A DNA stretch of 64,000 nucleotides from contig OX597827.1 in the NCBI GenBank assembly GCA_951406725.2, positions 77,314,001 to 77,378,000 on the forward strand, in the 5' to 3' direction. Shown here piece by piece: positions 24,260 through 35,973 of the stretch; positions within the stretch are counted from its first letter, which is position 1, and each line of letters begins with the position of its first letter. A model generated the notes under the pieces. That model did no database searches. It saw only the letters and a program-made list of their open reading frames with translations, and was not told the origin of the DNA. The position numbers and the translations under genes were made by a program. Source of the stretch: Octopus vulgaris. Taxonomy: Eukaryota.

Positions 24260-26389
24260 TATTATGTATCAATTACGTGTGTTTGTGTGTGTATACATAT
24301 ATATTACAAGTTTTAACAAGTCAGAAAGCAACCCGACCCTATAAATCATTTATGTAATAAACAAGAATAGTTCTGATTTCAAAATCTTTCTCAATGGAGA
24401 AGCCACATCAACTGAGATACTGAGATATATACATATATATATACATATGTATGTGTGTGTATGTATATATATATACACGTGTGCTGTGTTGCATGTCCAT
24501 AACTATACACATACATACATATATATATATATATATATGTACAGACACATATGCATATATAGAGAGGAACAGTGTAGTTTCTCTGAGATCTCTGATCCGA
24601 AAGAAAAAATCTGAATTGAAAACATTATTATGGCAGTTAACAAATGTGTCCAACACACACACACATATATACACACAGTTATACATACATATAAACATAT
24701 GAATGTACACACATACACTCATTTATATATTATATACACACACACACACGAAACCTTGCTCTACCATTCACTCTCTTTCCCTCTCTCTCTCTCTCTCCAT
24801 ACACATATATATATATACATACGTGTGTGTATATATATATGTGTATATAAACACACACACACACATACACGCAGAGGAAATAAAACTCAAGGTGTATTGT
24901 TTTCTTCCCTCACATCATCAGTATTTATTATTCATCAAACTTACCGTATCACGGTTGCTCCACATGAGTAATAGTAGTAGTAGTAGTAACAGTAGTGGTA
25001 GTAGTAGTAACTCACCCTCTCTATATCGCTCTATCTATCTTTTTTTCTCTGTAATGTGTACATTTCTCTCTGTCTATCTTCCTCTCTTTATTTCTCTATT
25101 ACACATTATTCCGTCTACAATACTCTCTCTCTCTCTCTTTGTCACCTCCTCTCTCTCACACACATATATTATCTCTCCCTTCCCATCTCTCACTCTATAT
25201 TTACATCATTCTTTCTTCTTCTTTCTTACTCTGTCTATATATATTTTCTTTCCCCCTCTCACTTTCTCTATATTCTCTCACTTTGTCTCTCTATTCTCTC
25301 TCTCTCTAAATATATATATATCTTGCTCTCTCTCTTTACATATATAAATCTTCGTCTCTCTCTCTCTCTCTTTACATATATAAATCTTTGTCTCTCTCAC
25401 TCTCTCTCCTTCTCCAGTTTCAAACTTACCGTTTCAGAGATGCTCCAGAGTAGTAGTAGTAGTTCAGTCTTCCCCCTCTCTCTTTATGTATTGCAATCTC
25501 TTGTCACTAAATTTCAGTCTTTTCCTCTCGCTTTATGGATGCTCTATGAGGAGTAGTGGTAGTAGGAGCTCCCCTTCTCTCTATCTATTTGTCTATCAAT
25601 TGTATACCTCCGTCTTATAACACTTTCTCTCTCTCTCTCTCTCTCTCTATAGATCTGCCACTCTCCCTCTAATTTCAAACTGCACGGAAAAGCGGAACTG
25701 GCTCAAAACAAATATTGTGTGTGTGTGTGTGTATGAAACTGTATGTGTGAGTGTCAGTAAGTGAGTCATACTGTGTATACGTGTGTGTGTGTTGCCACGG
25801 GCCGATAACTTCGTATAGAATAAGTCGGCCGATTTGGGTCTTTATGACTTCTGTTCCCTGAAATCTTTTATCAAATTTGCTTAAACTGGAGCCGTACGCC
25901 AGGAATACCATCTTTTAATACATCTATATAAGTATATATTTCATATTTTGCTAAATGCAACGAGCTCTCAGTCCTTCGGTCATTTATGTAACTATACTGA
26001 CGAATAAAAGTATACAAGCCTATACTCCTTGTTTTGAATTCTATTTCTTCTGTGTCGTCTAAAGCACGTATACATTTATACGTATATTTAAAAAATGGGT
26101 GTAAATATTGGACATATTCTTAATGCCGAAGTGTACATGTATTTTCCAGATATTTATTTTATATTGATAACTCACTAAATTTTAAAGTATTCTTGAACGA
26201 TTGTCAATGTAAAAAGAAATATAGTGCGGGGATCGAAGTCAACTTCAGTCTGAAATAGTACTTTTTTCAAGGGGGACATGCACCGGTTAATGGTAGGGGG
26301 ACATGCTTATCTCTCTTGCCTGGAGAGTACACGGAATGACTGGCAAAAAATATATTCACAAAAGAGGGAGAAGCAGGGGAGAGTAATTA

Positions 26390-26680
26390 TGTTAGTAAGA
26401 TGGTGGTGGCGACGATGATGAAGGGGTGGTGGTTGCGGCGTTAATATAATGACGTAGAAGGAGGCGGCGGCGAGGGACACGATGGAGTGGAGATGGCGGG
26501 AGTGATAGTGTTGGTGAAATGGTGGCGAGTGCGGTGATAATGATTGTTATTTTGCTTTTTTTTTGCCATCGGTGGCGGTAAACTGCAGCCACTAACCTGA
26601 TAAAGAAATTATTATCTTCCATCTCGCGCGCTCCACAGTGTGCGCGTACGGCTACTGACATACTATAGGGTGTCTGAATG
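26390..26680 (-). promoter_or_regulatory. CpG-rich putative promoter / first non-coding exon of ZNF gene 1
   Basis: Local CpG enrichment (TCTCGCGCG, TGCGCGTACG), minus-strand TCAGT initiator-like site at 26654-26658, and donor-like CAG|GTTAGT with exon end at 26597. Confidence 0.35.
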
Positions 26681-27329
26681 CTGTGTGTATATATATATAT
26701 ATATATATTAATATTTAGCAGAACAGTGAGTCACAGGCTGAGAGTTTCGTTCATTGACTCTTACCAAACTTGATAAGTGCAAGTGAGTGAGTGTGTATAT
26801 ATGTAATCTACTTACGTATATAGCTTGCCGAAACTTCGAAGTCCCTGTCAATACTTTTCTTGTTAAAGAATAATAAATTTGTACATTATCAAAAGAATTC
26901 AGTAATCCTTCTGTTTCATATAAAATTGTTTTTATTACAACATAAAGCCGCGCATATAAACACGTATCTTATCTAATTGACTACCATTTGCTCTCGTGTA
27001 TCACTTTCACTTTCTCTGAAACTTTGACTGTTGTTTATTTAGCGACCGCGGAAGAATTTTCTGTATCAATATTGTGATGCGACCAGCTGAATTGTCCTCA
27101 ATAATACTTTTTGTGCAATTCAGAATTAATATATTTTGTGTGGTTTTGTGGTTAAAGATCGGCGGTTGGGGTCGTACCACACTGAGAATTTATTTTTGTG
27201 GTCTCTCATTATATAACCAACCCTAACTTCATATCTACATGCGGTCTCTATAACTTTTTCTTCTACCCTTAATCATTTTTATTTATTTTTCTAATAGACC
27301 CTTGAGACTGCTGAAAACGGCGGTTCGTT

Positions 27330-27905
27330 GATGTTATATTTGGACACCAGCAAGTTAACAGCTGGAAGGAAAAACTTGAACAGGACGCCAGGCTGTCTTA
27401 ACAACATTATAGGCTCCCAGGCAAATCACCTCACTGAGCTCTTTAAGTATTTATTGTCAGTGAATTACAACATATATGGATCAGAATCGATCCCCTGGAG
27501 CCGTAAGTTCCTGGCCCCCACTCCAATCTCGTGTAACTGCCCAGTGTACCCATGCCTTATGACGGTACTGACAGGGTGGGAATTCCAAAAGATAGACGTC
27601 TTGGAGAAGGAACTAGAGGGTGCACACACTATGGGTGACAAGGATAGATAAATGCGTCTGGTTGAGCAACGAACCAGAAGATCTGTCGTGCAGGACGTTC
27701 AAATGAACTGGCGTAATCCATTGAGTCCAGACAGGCCAATGTCCTCACCTGAATGAGGATCACACTACATTTTGTTGAGGGGTTTATATTCCAGAGATAC
27801 TATTCTAGGGTAAGCATTACATAGGCACCAAATATGGTAAATTTTACAATAATTCCATTCTTCCACATGATACCTGGTCATTGTACCCATATAGAAACAA
27901 GGATA
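27330..27905 (+). mobile_element. Probable RTE-like LINE 3' end terminating in (TA)n
   Basis: IDVLEKELEGAHTMGDKDR*MRLV resembles the RTE C-terminal DRxxWRxLV motif; the last ~300 bp recur at 34054-34348. Confidence 0.45.
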
Positions 27906-28014
27906 TATATATGTATGTATATACATGTGTATATATATATGTATATGCACGTACATGTATGTATATATATATATATATCATCATCATCATCATATATATA
28001 TATATGTATATAGT

Positions 28015-28305
28015 AGAGGCGCAATGACCCAGTGGTTAGGGCAGCGGACTCGTGGTTGTAGGATCGCAGTTTCGATTCCCAGACCGGGCGTTGTGAGTGT
28101 TTATTGAGCGAAAACACCTAAAGCCCCATGCGGCTCTGGCAGGGGGGGGGGGGCGATCCCTCCTGTACTCTTTCTCTCACTCTTTCTGCTGTTGGCCTGC
28201 TTGCTTAGCCAGCGGGGTGGCGTCATTTGAAGGCTAAAACAATGCGAAGCGCATTGTGACCAGCGATGTGTAGCTTCATCTGATAGCCTGGTCGGTCACG
28301 GTGAT
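28015..28305 (+). mobile_element. tRNA-derived SINE family D
   Basis: GAGGCGCAATGACCCAGTGGTTAGGGCAGCGGACTCG...GTTTCGATTCCC tRNA-like head; inverted copy at 33384-33675. Confidence 0.8.
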
Positions 28306-29231
28306 ATACGTATATATATATATATGTATATCCCTCTCTCTCTCTTTCGGAGAGGCACTGAGCACCTACAAGCCCACATACACACACGGCAGTAACTTCC
28401 ACCTACCGAATTCAATCACAAAGCTTCGGTTGGCTCAGGGCTATACGTGTGTATATATATATATATATATCTGTATATATACATGGTGGTTCTCTGGCAT
28501 GTCCACAGCCTTAGGACTGAAATGTATAAAAGAATATATATATATGTGTATGTATATAATATATATTATATACAAAAATATGTGTCAGTGTATCCTCCCC
28601 CTCCTCATCATCATCATTTAGAGTCTGCTTCTCCATGCTGGCATGGGTTGGACAGTGTGACTGGAACTGGTTAGCTGGAGAACTGCATCGGGTTCCAGTC
28701 TGATTTGGCATGGTTTCTATGGCTGGATGCTCTTCCTAATGCCAACCACTCCAAGAATATAATGGGTTTCACTTGCTTCACAACCTCGTCCCTGTGTGTA
28801 TGGTTTTAATGATAACGAGCTTAAAAATAACTCAGAGTGGCTAGTAAGATGTACTTAAACAACAAAGTTATAAAAAGAAGGTTATAAATCATTAGAAGAG
28901 ACATTCACGATTTATTGAAATTATTTACTTCCAGAGATGTTAGAACATGCCACTTAGGAAAAAGCAGTTGGATTGCCTGAAGTGAAGAAGAGAACTGAGG
29001 ATATGTTTCTGCCTCAATAGATGTCATCAGCACATCAGTGACCCTGACCTAGGTAATTTGCATATGTGAAATGGAAATGAGCTGAGAGAAATAACACAGA
29101 TGAGGCTTGCAGCATGTATTTATTTCAACAACAAAGACAAATGAGAGTATTTATTAAATAATATATAGCTTAAAGTTTGTGTATTTTCGTTGATAATTAT
29201 TCCAAAGTTGTTGGTTCAATATGTTATTACA

Positions 29232-29986
29232 TCTTTTCTACTCTAGGCACAAGGCCTGAATTTTTTGAGGGGAGGGGGCCAGTCAATTAGATCGACCCCA
29301 GTATGCAACTGGTACTTAATTTATTGACCCCGAAAGGATGAAAGACAAAGTCAACCTCGGCAGAATTTGAACTCAGAACGTAATGACAGACGAAATACCT
29401 ATTTCTTTACTACCAACAAGGGGCTAAACATAGAGGGGACAAACAAGGACAGACAAATGGATTAAGTCGATTATATCGACCCCAGTGCGTAACTGGTACT
29501 TATTTAATCGACCCCGAAAGGATGAAAGGCAAAGTCGACCTCGGCAGAATTTGAACTCAGAACGTAATGACAGACGAAATACCTATTTCTTTACTACCCA
29601 CAAGGGGCTAAACATAGAGGGGACAAACAAGGACAGACAAATGGATTAAGTCGATTATATCGACCCCAGTGCGTAACTGGTACTTATTTAATCGACCCCG
29701 AAAGGATGAAAGGCAAAGTCGACCTCGGCGGAATTTGAACTCAGAACGTAATGACAGACGAAATACCTATTTCTTTACTACCCACAAGGGGCTAAACGCA
29801 GAGGGGACAAACAAGGACAGACAAATGGATTAAGTCGATTATATTGACCCCAGTGCATAACTGGTACATATTTAATCGACCCCGAAAGGATGAAAGGCAA
29901 AGTCGACCTCAGTGGAATTTGAACTCAGAACGTAGCGGTAGACGAAATACCGCTAAGCATTTTGCCCTGCATGCTAACGTTTCTGT
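29232..29986 (-). mobile_element. SINE family B as a 184-bp tandem multimer (~3.6 units)
   Basis: CGAAATAC recurs at 29391, 29575, 29759 and 29943; units nearly identical. Confidence 0.85.
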
Positions 29987-30059
29987 ATAACCAATATGTT
30001 TTAGTGGTGGTGGTCATGGTGGAGGTGGGGGAAAGCAGACTCAGCCAAAAGAACATTTT

Positions 30060-31580
30060 TTTTTTACCATTCTTTGACATTCTAACTTTCTAAATAAGAT
30101 CCTTCATTCCTTCACCAATGATCTTTAATAACATTTTACTCACATTATTTGTCTTGTTGTCTTTACGTTGTGTTATGTCTTCCTTTGCTTTGGCAATGGC
30201 ATCAAAATTGGTTTAGACCAATCATTTGGCCATAAATTTAGGTTCCATATTTTTATACATAAACACTGTAACAATTTCTCTTTTACTCCAGACATGAATG
30301 GCAAACATTCTCTTTCTCTCCCTCTTTCTCTAACACAGTTTTTACTTTGATTATTATGATTGCATTCTCTTTGATTATTCCCTGTTGTATTCTTGAATAA
30401 GCTGCAGCAGTTTTCTTTCCATCTTTTGTAGAAACTTTTCCCTTCATAAAGCATATTACCATATTTCTCTTTGATAACATCAATTCTTGGTGCAAATTTT
30501 CTTCATATTATCTTCATTGCTTTGTAAAGATCTCTATTAGTGTTTCTTACTGAATTTTTTTTTTCATTCTCATCATAAATTTTGTTGTTGTTTTCCTACT
30601 TCTCTTTCTTTTATCGCATATTGAATTTCATTGCTCAATTGTTGCTTTCATTCTTTACATTCAAATGGTGTCAGATCTCTGAGTTTTTTACAGTCCTTAT
30701 TCTTCAGTTTTATCTCATGTCTCATCTGTTAACCATTTCAGTTATTTTTTTTCTCTTACTTTGATATTTTTTCCTGCTATTTATAAAACAATTTTTTAGC
30801 TTTATTTCACAGTTCTTCCAGGTCACTCTTTCGCTTTACATTGCCAAAGTTTTTGAAATATTTTTTTTTATTTTGACATTACATTCATTTAGAATGTTTG
30901 CAAAATTGTATTTTCTTGATGTTTTAATCTTTTTATTGAAATATTATTTAATTATTGTAACAAGTCGATGGTCATCATTACAATCAGCAGATGAAAGTAA
31001 TTTAACCTATTTTAACAAACCTTCTTTCTACACTTCCATTGTTGTTGGACTATAAAATGATATTTCTTCTTTTTTTTTTTAATGAGGCTTGCAATTAGTT
31101 GAAATACAATTGTAAAGTTGCCTATGATATTGGTTAAATCCTGTTTTAGAAATAAAAATATTTCAATTATCAGAATTCAACAAAGTGGCTTCCCTGATTA
31201 TTCTCAATGCCCAAACTGAAAATGTCCACAGTTACTGATTTTGTTGTTAGTTTTTCCACCTTAGTATTTCCATCTCCAATCAAAATGGGAACATCTGGTG
31301 GAAGAGATTGATTGATTTCTTCGTCAAATACATAACTGAATTGATCCAACACCTCATCATTCACAGCTGTTGTCAGATGATAAAACTGTGAGGATGTGAA
31401 GTTCAATGACTTACCTCCAAGTCTCATCGGCTGATTTTTATCCAAACAAGGTCTTAGAAGCAGTTCTATTCAAGATAATACCAGCCTTATGTCTTTAACT
31501 GTTTTAACTTTCTGAGGAAACAACCATGTTGTCATTACCTGTTGCAATGATAAACCCCAACCACTTTCTCTCCATTAATA
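30060..31580 (-). mobile_element. Degraded RTE-clade LINE (APE endonuclease through the start of RT)
   Basis: ORF fragments DVPILIGDGNTKV...FSLGIENNQGSHFVEF (endonuclease) and LCIKIWNLNLWPNDWSKPILMPLPK (RT N-terminus); many stops. Confidence 0.8.
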
Positions 31581-31609
31581 TGGTTTAAGAAGTAGCAAAA
31601 AAAAAATAT

Positions 31610-32255
31610 TGGTTTTAAATTTTGGCTTAAGACCAGAAATTTTGCGGGGTGGGGATAAATTGATTATATAGGTTTCAGTGTTCAACTGGTCCTTTTTTAT
31701 CAATCCTGAAAGGTAAAATCAACCTCAGCGGAATTTGAACTCAGAATGTAAAGACAAACGAAACCCCACTGAACATTTTGCCCAGTGTGCTAACAATTCA
31801 GCCAGCTCACTGCAAAAAAATATTCTTTTCTACTCTAGGCGCAAGGCCCGAAATTTTTGGGAAGTGGGAGGGGCAGTTGATTAGATCAACTCCAGTACAC
31901 GATCACTACTTAATTTATCAACCCTGAAAGGCAAAGTTGACCTCAGTGGAGTTTGAATTGAGAACATACAGACAGACAAAACACTGCTAAGCATTTCACC
32001 TGGTATGCTAACGTTTCTTATTCCTTTATTGCCCACAAAGGGCTAAGCATAGAGGGGATAAACAAGGACAGACAAAGAGATGAAGTTGATTAGATTGAAC
32101 CCAGTGCATAACTGGTACTTAATTTATCGACCCCGAAAGGATGAAAGGCAAAGTTGACCTCGGCAAAATTTGAACTCAGAACATAACGGCAGACAAAAAA
32201 AATACTGCTAAGCATTTCACCTGGTGTGCTAACGTTTCTGCCAGTTCGCTGCCTT
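31610..32255 (-). mobile_element. Three SINE family B copies
   Basis: Family B motifs in tandem. Confidence 0.75.
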
Positions 32256-32732
32256 AGATGAACGGAAAAAATATTACCAAAGCAAAAGAAAAATGGGGAT
32301 TGAAGTGATGAACAGAAGAGATAGTAGAAAAACCGAAGAAAAAAGGATTGTAAAACATCAGTGATGTGTAACATGATTTGAATCTAAAGAATGGCAGCAG
32401 CAGTGGAACAATGAAATTCAAATCTGAAAATCCAAATAAAGGAATTCAATATTTATTTATTTCACTGCATTTTAGCCAAGTTTACTAATGAGACACAAAC
32501 TTCTTACATACCAGGGACCAATTTTCATCTCATAACCAAAAACAGATTCTGAAAATTTTAATGCCATCAGCAAGCATGGCTGTGTGATTCATACCTTGCA
32601 ACTCCATATTTTCAGGTTCAATCCCAATGCACAGCATTTTCAGCAAGTGTCTTCTATCACTGCCCCAGGCCAACTACTATTTGTATTGAGCCCATTGTTT
32701 TTAATATGCATGCATATACATTTGTGTGTGTG

Positions 32733-32775
<43 letters not shown>

Positions 32776-32873
32776 TATATAAATAATGCAAAGACAACAA
32801 AAGAATGAAAGAGACCTCGATTTTATGTAAATAGAGAAATTTATCTGTAAAATAATATGTGACAATTATTCAG

Positions 32874-32948
32874 TTGCCATAATAAAACTCCGAGTTTCGG
32901 ATGTCAGGACAGAAACCTGCTCTGGCATCTCTTCAGTTATCGAGGCAA
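32874..32948 (-). ncRNA. Type I hammerhead ribozyme fold (mirror copy in the palindrome)
   Basis: Reverse complement reads TTGCCTCGATAA-CTGAAGA-GATGCCAGAGCAGGTTTCTGTCCTGACATC-C-GAAA-CTCGGAG-TT-TTATTATGGCAA, with a long stem II. Confidence 0.7.
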
Positions 32949-32987
32949 TCAAAATATGCTATGAAAAATATACATAGCATATTTTGA

Positions 32988-33070
32988 TTGCCTTGATAAC
33001 TGAAGAGATGCTGGACCAAGTTAGCAAGTTTCTGCCCTGACATCTGAAACTCGGAGTTTTATTATGGCAA
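32988..33070 (+). ncRNA. Type I hammerhead ribozyme fold (Penelope-like pLTR type)
   Basis: TTGCCTTGATAA-CTGAAGA-GATG..CATC-T-GAAA-CTC(G)GAG-TT-TTATTATGGCAA: 12-position stem I (one mismatch, one G-U), CUGAAGA and GAAA core, very short palindromic stem III, GUU cleavage triplet at 33056-33058. Confidence 0.7.
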
Positions 33071-33235
33071 CTGAATAATTGTCACACATTATATTACAGA
33101 TATATATATATATATATATATATACATGCACACACACACACACATATATATGTATGTGTGTATATATATACGTCACCATGCTTGACCATTAAATCCAGAA
33201 GTTTTTTACTCTCTCTTTGTTTATTTTCTCTTATT

Positions 33236-33275
33236 CCTCTCTGTTGAAGAGCGGTGGCTCGAAATGTAAAAGACT
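33236..33275 (+). ncRNA. Minimal hammerhead-like motif (CUGUUGA core variant) in a second repeat family
   Basis: CTGTTGA-A-GAGC-ggtg-GCTC-GAAA-TGTA-AAAGAC. A related decayed copy lies at 48024-48072 with matching downstream flank. Confidence 0.4.
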
Positions 33276-33383
33276 TTTTCACTTTCCCGAGCATCAAACT
33301 AATACACCTATTTGTTGTTCGTACGCCTCTCTTCATCTTTTGTATTTTTTGTAAATTCCAACTATATATATATATATATAACA

Positions 33384-33675
33384 TGTGATCACGTGTAGAT
33401 GTTGCTACACATCGCTGGTCACAATGCGCTTCGCATTGTTTTAGCCTTCAAATGATGCAACCCCGCTGGCTATGCGAGCAGGCCAACAGAAGAAAGAGTG
33501 AGAGAAAGTTGTAGCGAAAGAGAACAGCAGGGATCGCAACCATCCCCTGCCGGAGCCTCGTGGAGGTTTAGGTGTTTTTGCTCAATAAACACTCACAACG
33601 CCCGATCTGGGAATCGAAACCGCGATCCTACGATCGCGAGTCTGCTGCCCTAACCACTGGGCCATTGTGCCTCCA
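33384..33675 (-). mobile_element. SINE family D
   Basis: Reverse complement of 28015-28305. Confidence 0.8.
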
Positions 33676-33676
33676 C

Positions 33677-33713
<37 letters not shown>

Positions 33714-34053
33714 TATGTACATATATGTACAATTGTGCATACTTGTGTGGGTGTGCACGTGCACATGTATGTGTGATCGTAAGAAAGGTGCACAAATAGT
33801 GATATTTCACTTGCTGCTATTTCTGCAGCACGATGTGGATGTTGATATTCTTTGCTGAAATTATGACCAGTTGCTCTGCACTTTCAAAGACATCTGCAAA
33901 AAAAAAAAATACAATCTCTTTCTTAAAAAACAACAAAGGGCTGGTAACAGGAAAGGCATCCAGCTATGAAATGATGTCTCCAATTCACATCCAAGCCCTG
34001 CTTGCTTGGAACATCAGATGTTAAACAAATGAAGGATATGTGAGTATGTGTAG

Positions 34054-34345
34054 TGGAACTAGAGGGTGCACACACGATGGATGACAAGGATAGATAAACG
34101 GGTCTGGTTGAGCAACGAACCAGATCTGTCGTACAGGACGTTCAAATGAACTGGCGTAATCCATTGAGTCCAGATAGATCAATGTCCTCACCTGAATGAG
34201 GATCACACAGTACAGTTTGTTGAGGGGTTTATATTCCAGAGATACTATTCTAGGGTAAGCATTACATAGGCACCAAATATGGTAAATTTTACAATAATTC
34301 CATTCTTCCACTTGATATCTGGTCATTATACCCATATAGAAACAA

Positions 34346-34348
<3 letters not shown>
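34054..34348 (+). mobile_element. 5'-truncated second copy of the 27608-27905 element
   Basis: Highly similar sequence with the same 3' end running into (TA)n. Confidence 0.6.
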
Positions 34349-34405
<57 letters not shown>

Positions 34406-34418
34406 ATGTAAGTATATA

Positions 34419-35245
34419 TATTAGGTTGAGGAAAAAGTTTGTGTACCAAACTTGTGCCGAATGGTTGTGCCATCAATGCTGAACTTTAACTAGGGCAACT
34501 TGATCAAGTCTGCGATGTGTTAGTTGAAAAGTACACAAGACTTGTTTGTCAATAATGTACTTTGTTTCAACCAGACAATGCAGAGCCACATACAGTCAGA
34601 AAGACCAGCAACAAGACTGAAGAATTGGATGGAGTGGAAGTTCTGCTGCATCCAGCCTATGGTCCAGATGTTGCTTCATCTGACTACGGTCCCTTCTGAA
34701 CAATGCAGCATTTTATGAAAGGTTGCCGATTTGAGTCATTCGATGAAGTTGAAGAAGCCTGTCAAGAATTTTTCGTAGCACCATCTGTTCGTGGCCGTTG
34801 CCAGCCTTGCCTGGCCCCTGTGCGGGTGGCACGTAAAAGCACCATCCGTCCGTGGCCGTTTGCCAGCTCTGTCTGGCACCTGTGCGGGTGGCACGTAAAA
34901 AACACCCACTACACTCACGGAGTGGTTGGCGTTAGGAAGGGCATCCAGCCGTAGAAACACTGCCAGATCAGACTGGGCCAGATGCAGCCTTCTGGCTTCA
35001 CAGACCCTAGTTGAACCGTCCAACCCATGCTAGCATGGAAAGCAGACGCTAAATGATGATGATGATGATGAAAGCCAAAGGATTGGTACTTTGACCAAAT
35101 CTGAAAGCTTGCAGATTGTTGGCAGAAGGTCATGGAAAATGATGGCCTTTATTTTGAAGAATAGTTGTTGTTAATTTTGAATAAATTCTTGCATAAAAAA
35201 ATCGTTATTTTAACACAGCACACAAACATTTTTCTTCAACTTAGT
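34419..35245 (+). mobile_element. Decayed mariner element interrupted by a SINE
   Basis: TIRs TTAGGTTGAGGAAAAAGTTTGTG / CACAAAC..TTCTTCAACTTAG. Remnant translation QDNAEPHT...HPAYGPDVASSDY...MQHFMKG..F resumes after the SINE (34776-35070) as KLADCWQKVMENDGLYFEE. Confidence 0.8.
34776..35070 (+). mobile_element. SINE family C nested in the mariner element
   Basis: Same tail; splits the transposase remnant. Confidence 0.8.
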
Positions 35246-35439
35246 CGTATACACATATACATATACACTTTTACATGATGCTAAATGAGCACCCTCATGT
35301 GGCACTGCACAGGCCACATGTGACACTGAATGGGCACTTCTACATGGCACTGCAAGGGTGCTTGTGTAAGAATGAGGCAGATTGCGTAAGCATCGGCACA
35401 CACATAAGATTAAGTACGTACACACATACATACACACTT

Positions 35440-35795
35440 GCTTTGCAACCATGTGGTTTCTGGTTCATTCCCAGTGCATGGCACCTGGGTGGGGGTGGGG
35501 TGGGGCGCTGATGTCTTCAACTATAGTCTCAGGGCTGGCCAATGTTATGTGAGTGAATTTGAAAAATGGAAACTGCGTGGAAGCCTAGCATGTATGTATG
35601 TATGACTTTGTGATTGTATTTGCCATCCCCAGCAGTTAACAAGTGTTGGTTTGTTGATGTCCCCCAAAACTTAGAAGTTTGGTAAGAGGAACTGGTAGAA
35701 TAAGTACCAGTCTAAAAAGAAGTAAGAACTGGCATCGATTTCTTTGAGGTGATGCTCCAGCATGGGCACAGTGTGATGAGTGAAACAACTAAAAG
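35440..35795 (+). mobile_element. SINE family A (old, diverged)
   Basis: Same motif order with many substitutions. Confidence 0.65.
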
Positions 35796-35797
35796 GT

Positions 35798-35973
35798 GCA
35801 GCAGCATCGTTGTCATCGTCATCATCAGCAGCATCGTCGTCATCATCAGCAGCAGCATCAGTATCATTATCATCATCAACAGCAGCATCTTCATCATCAT
35901 CATCAGCAGCAGCATCAATATTATTGTCATCATCAGCAGCAGCAGCATCGTCATCATCATCAGCAGCAGCATC
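35798..35973. repeat. (CAT/CAG)n trinucleotide tract
   Basis: Direct inspection. Confidence 0.9.

Larger units (their letters stand above)
32842..33102. repeat. Long imperfect palindrome (~120-130-bp arms, 9-nt loop)
   Basis: Centre ATGCTATG-aaaaatata-CATAGCAT; arms match outwards. Confidence 0.9.

Noticed and set aside
28995-29040. Minus-strand CTGATGA...GAAAC hammerhead-like spacing
   Set aside because: Stem I and stem II do not pair convincingly; at best a decayed copy.
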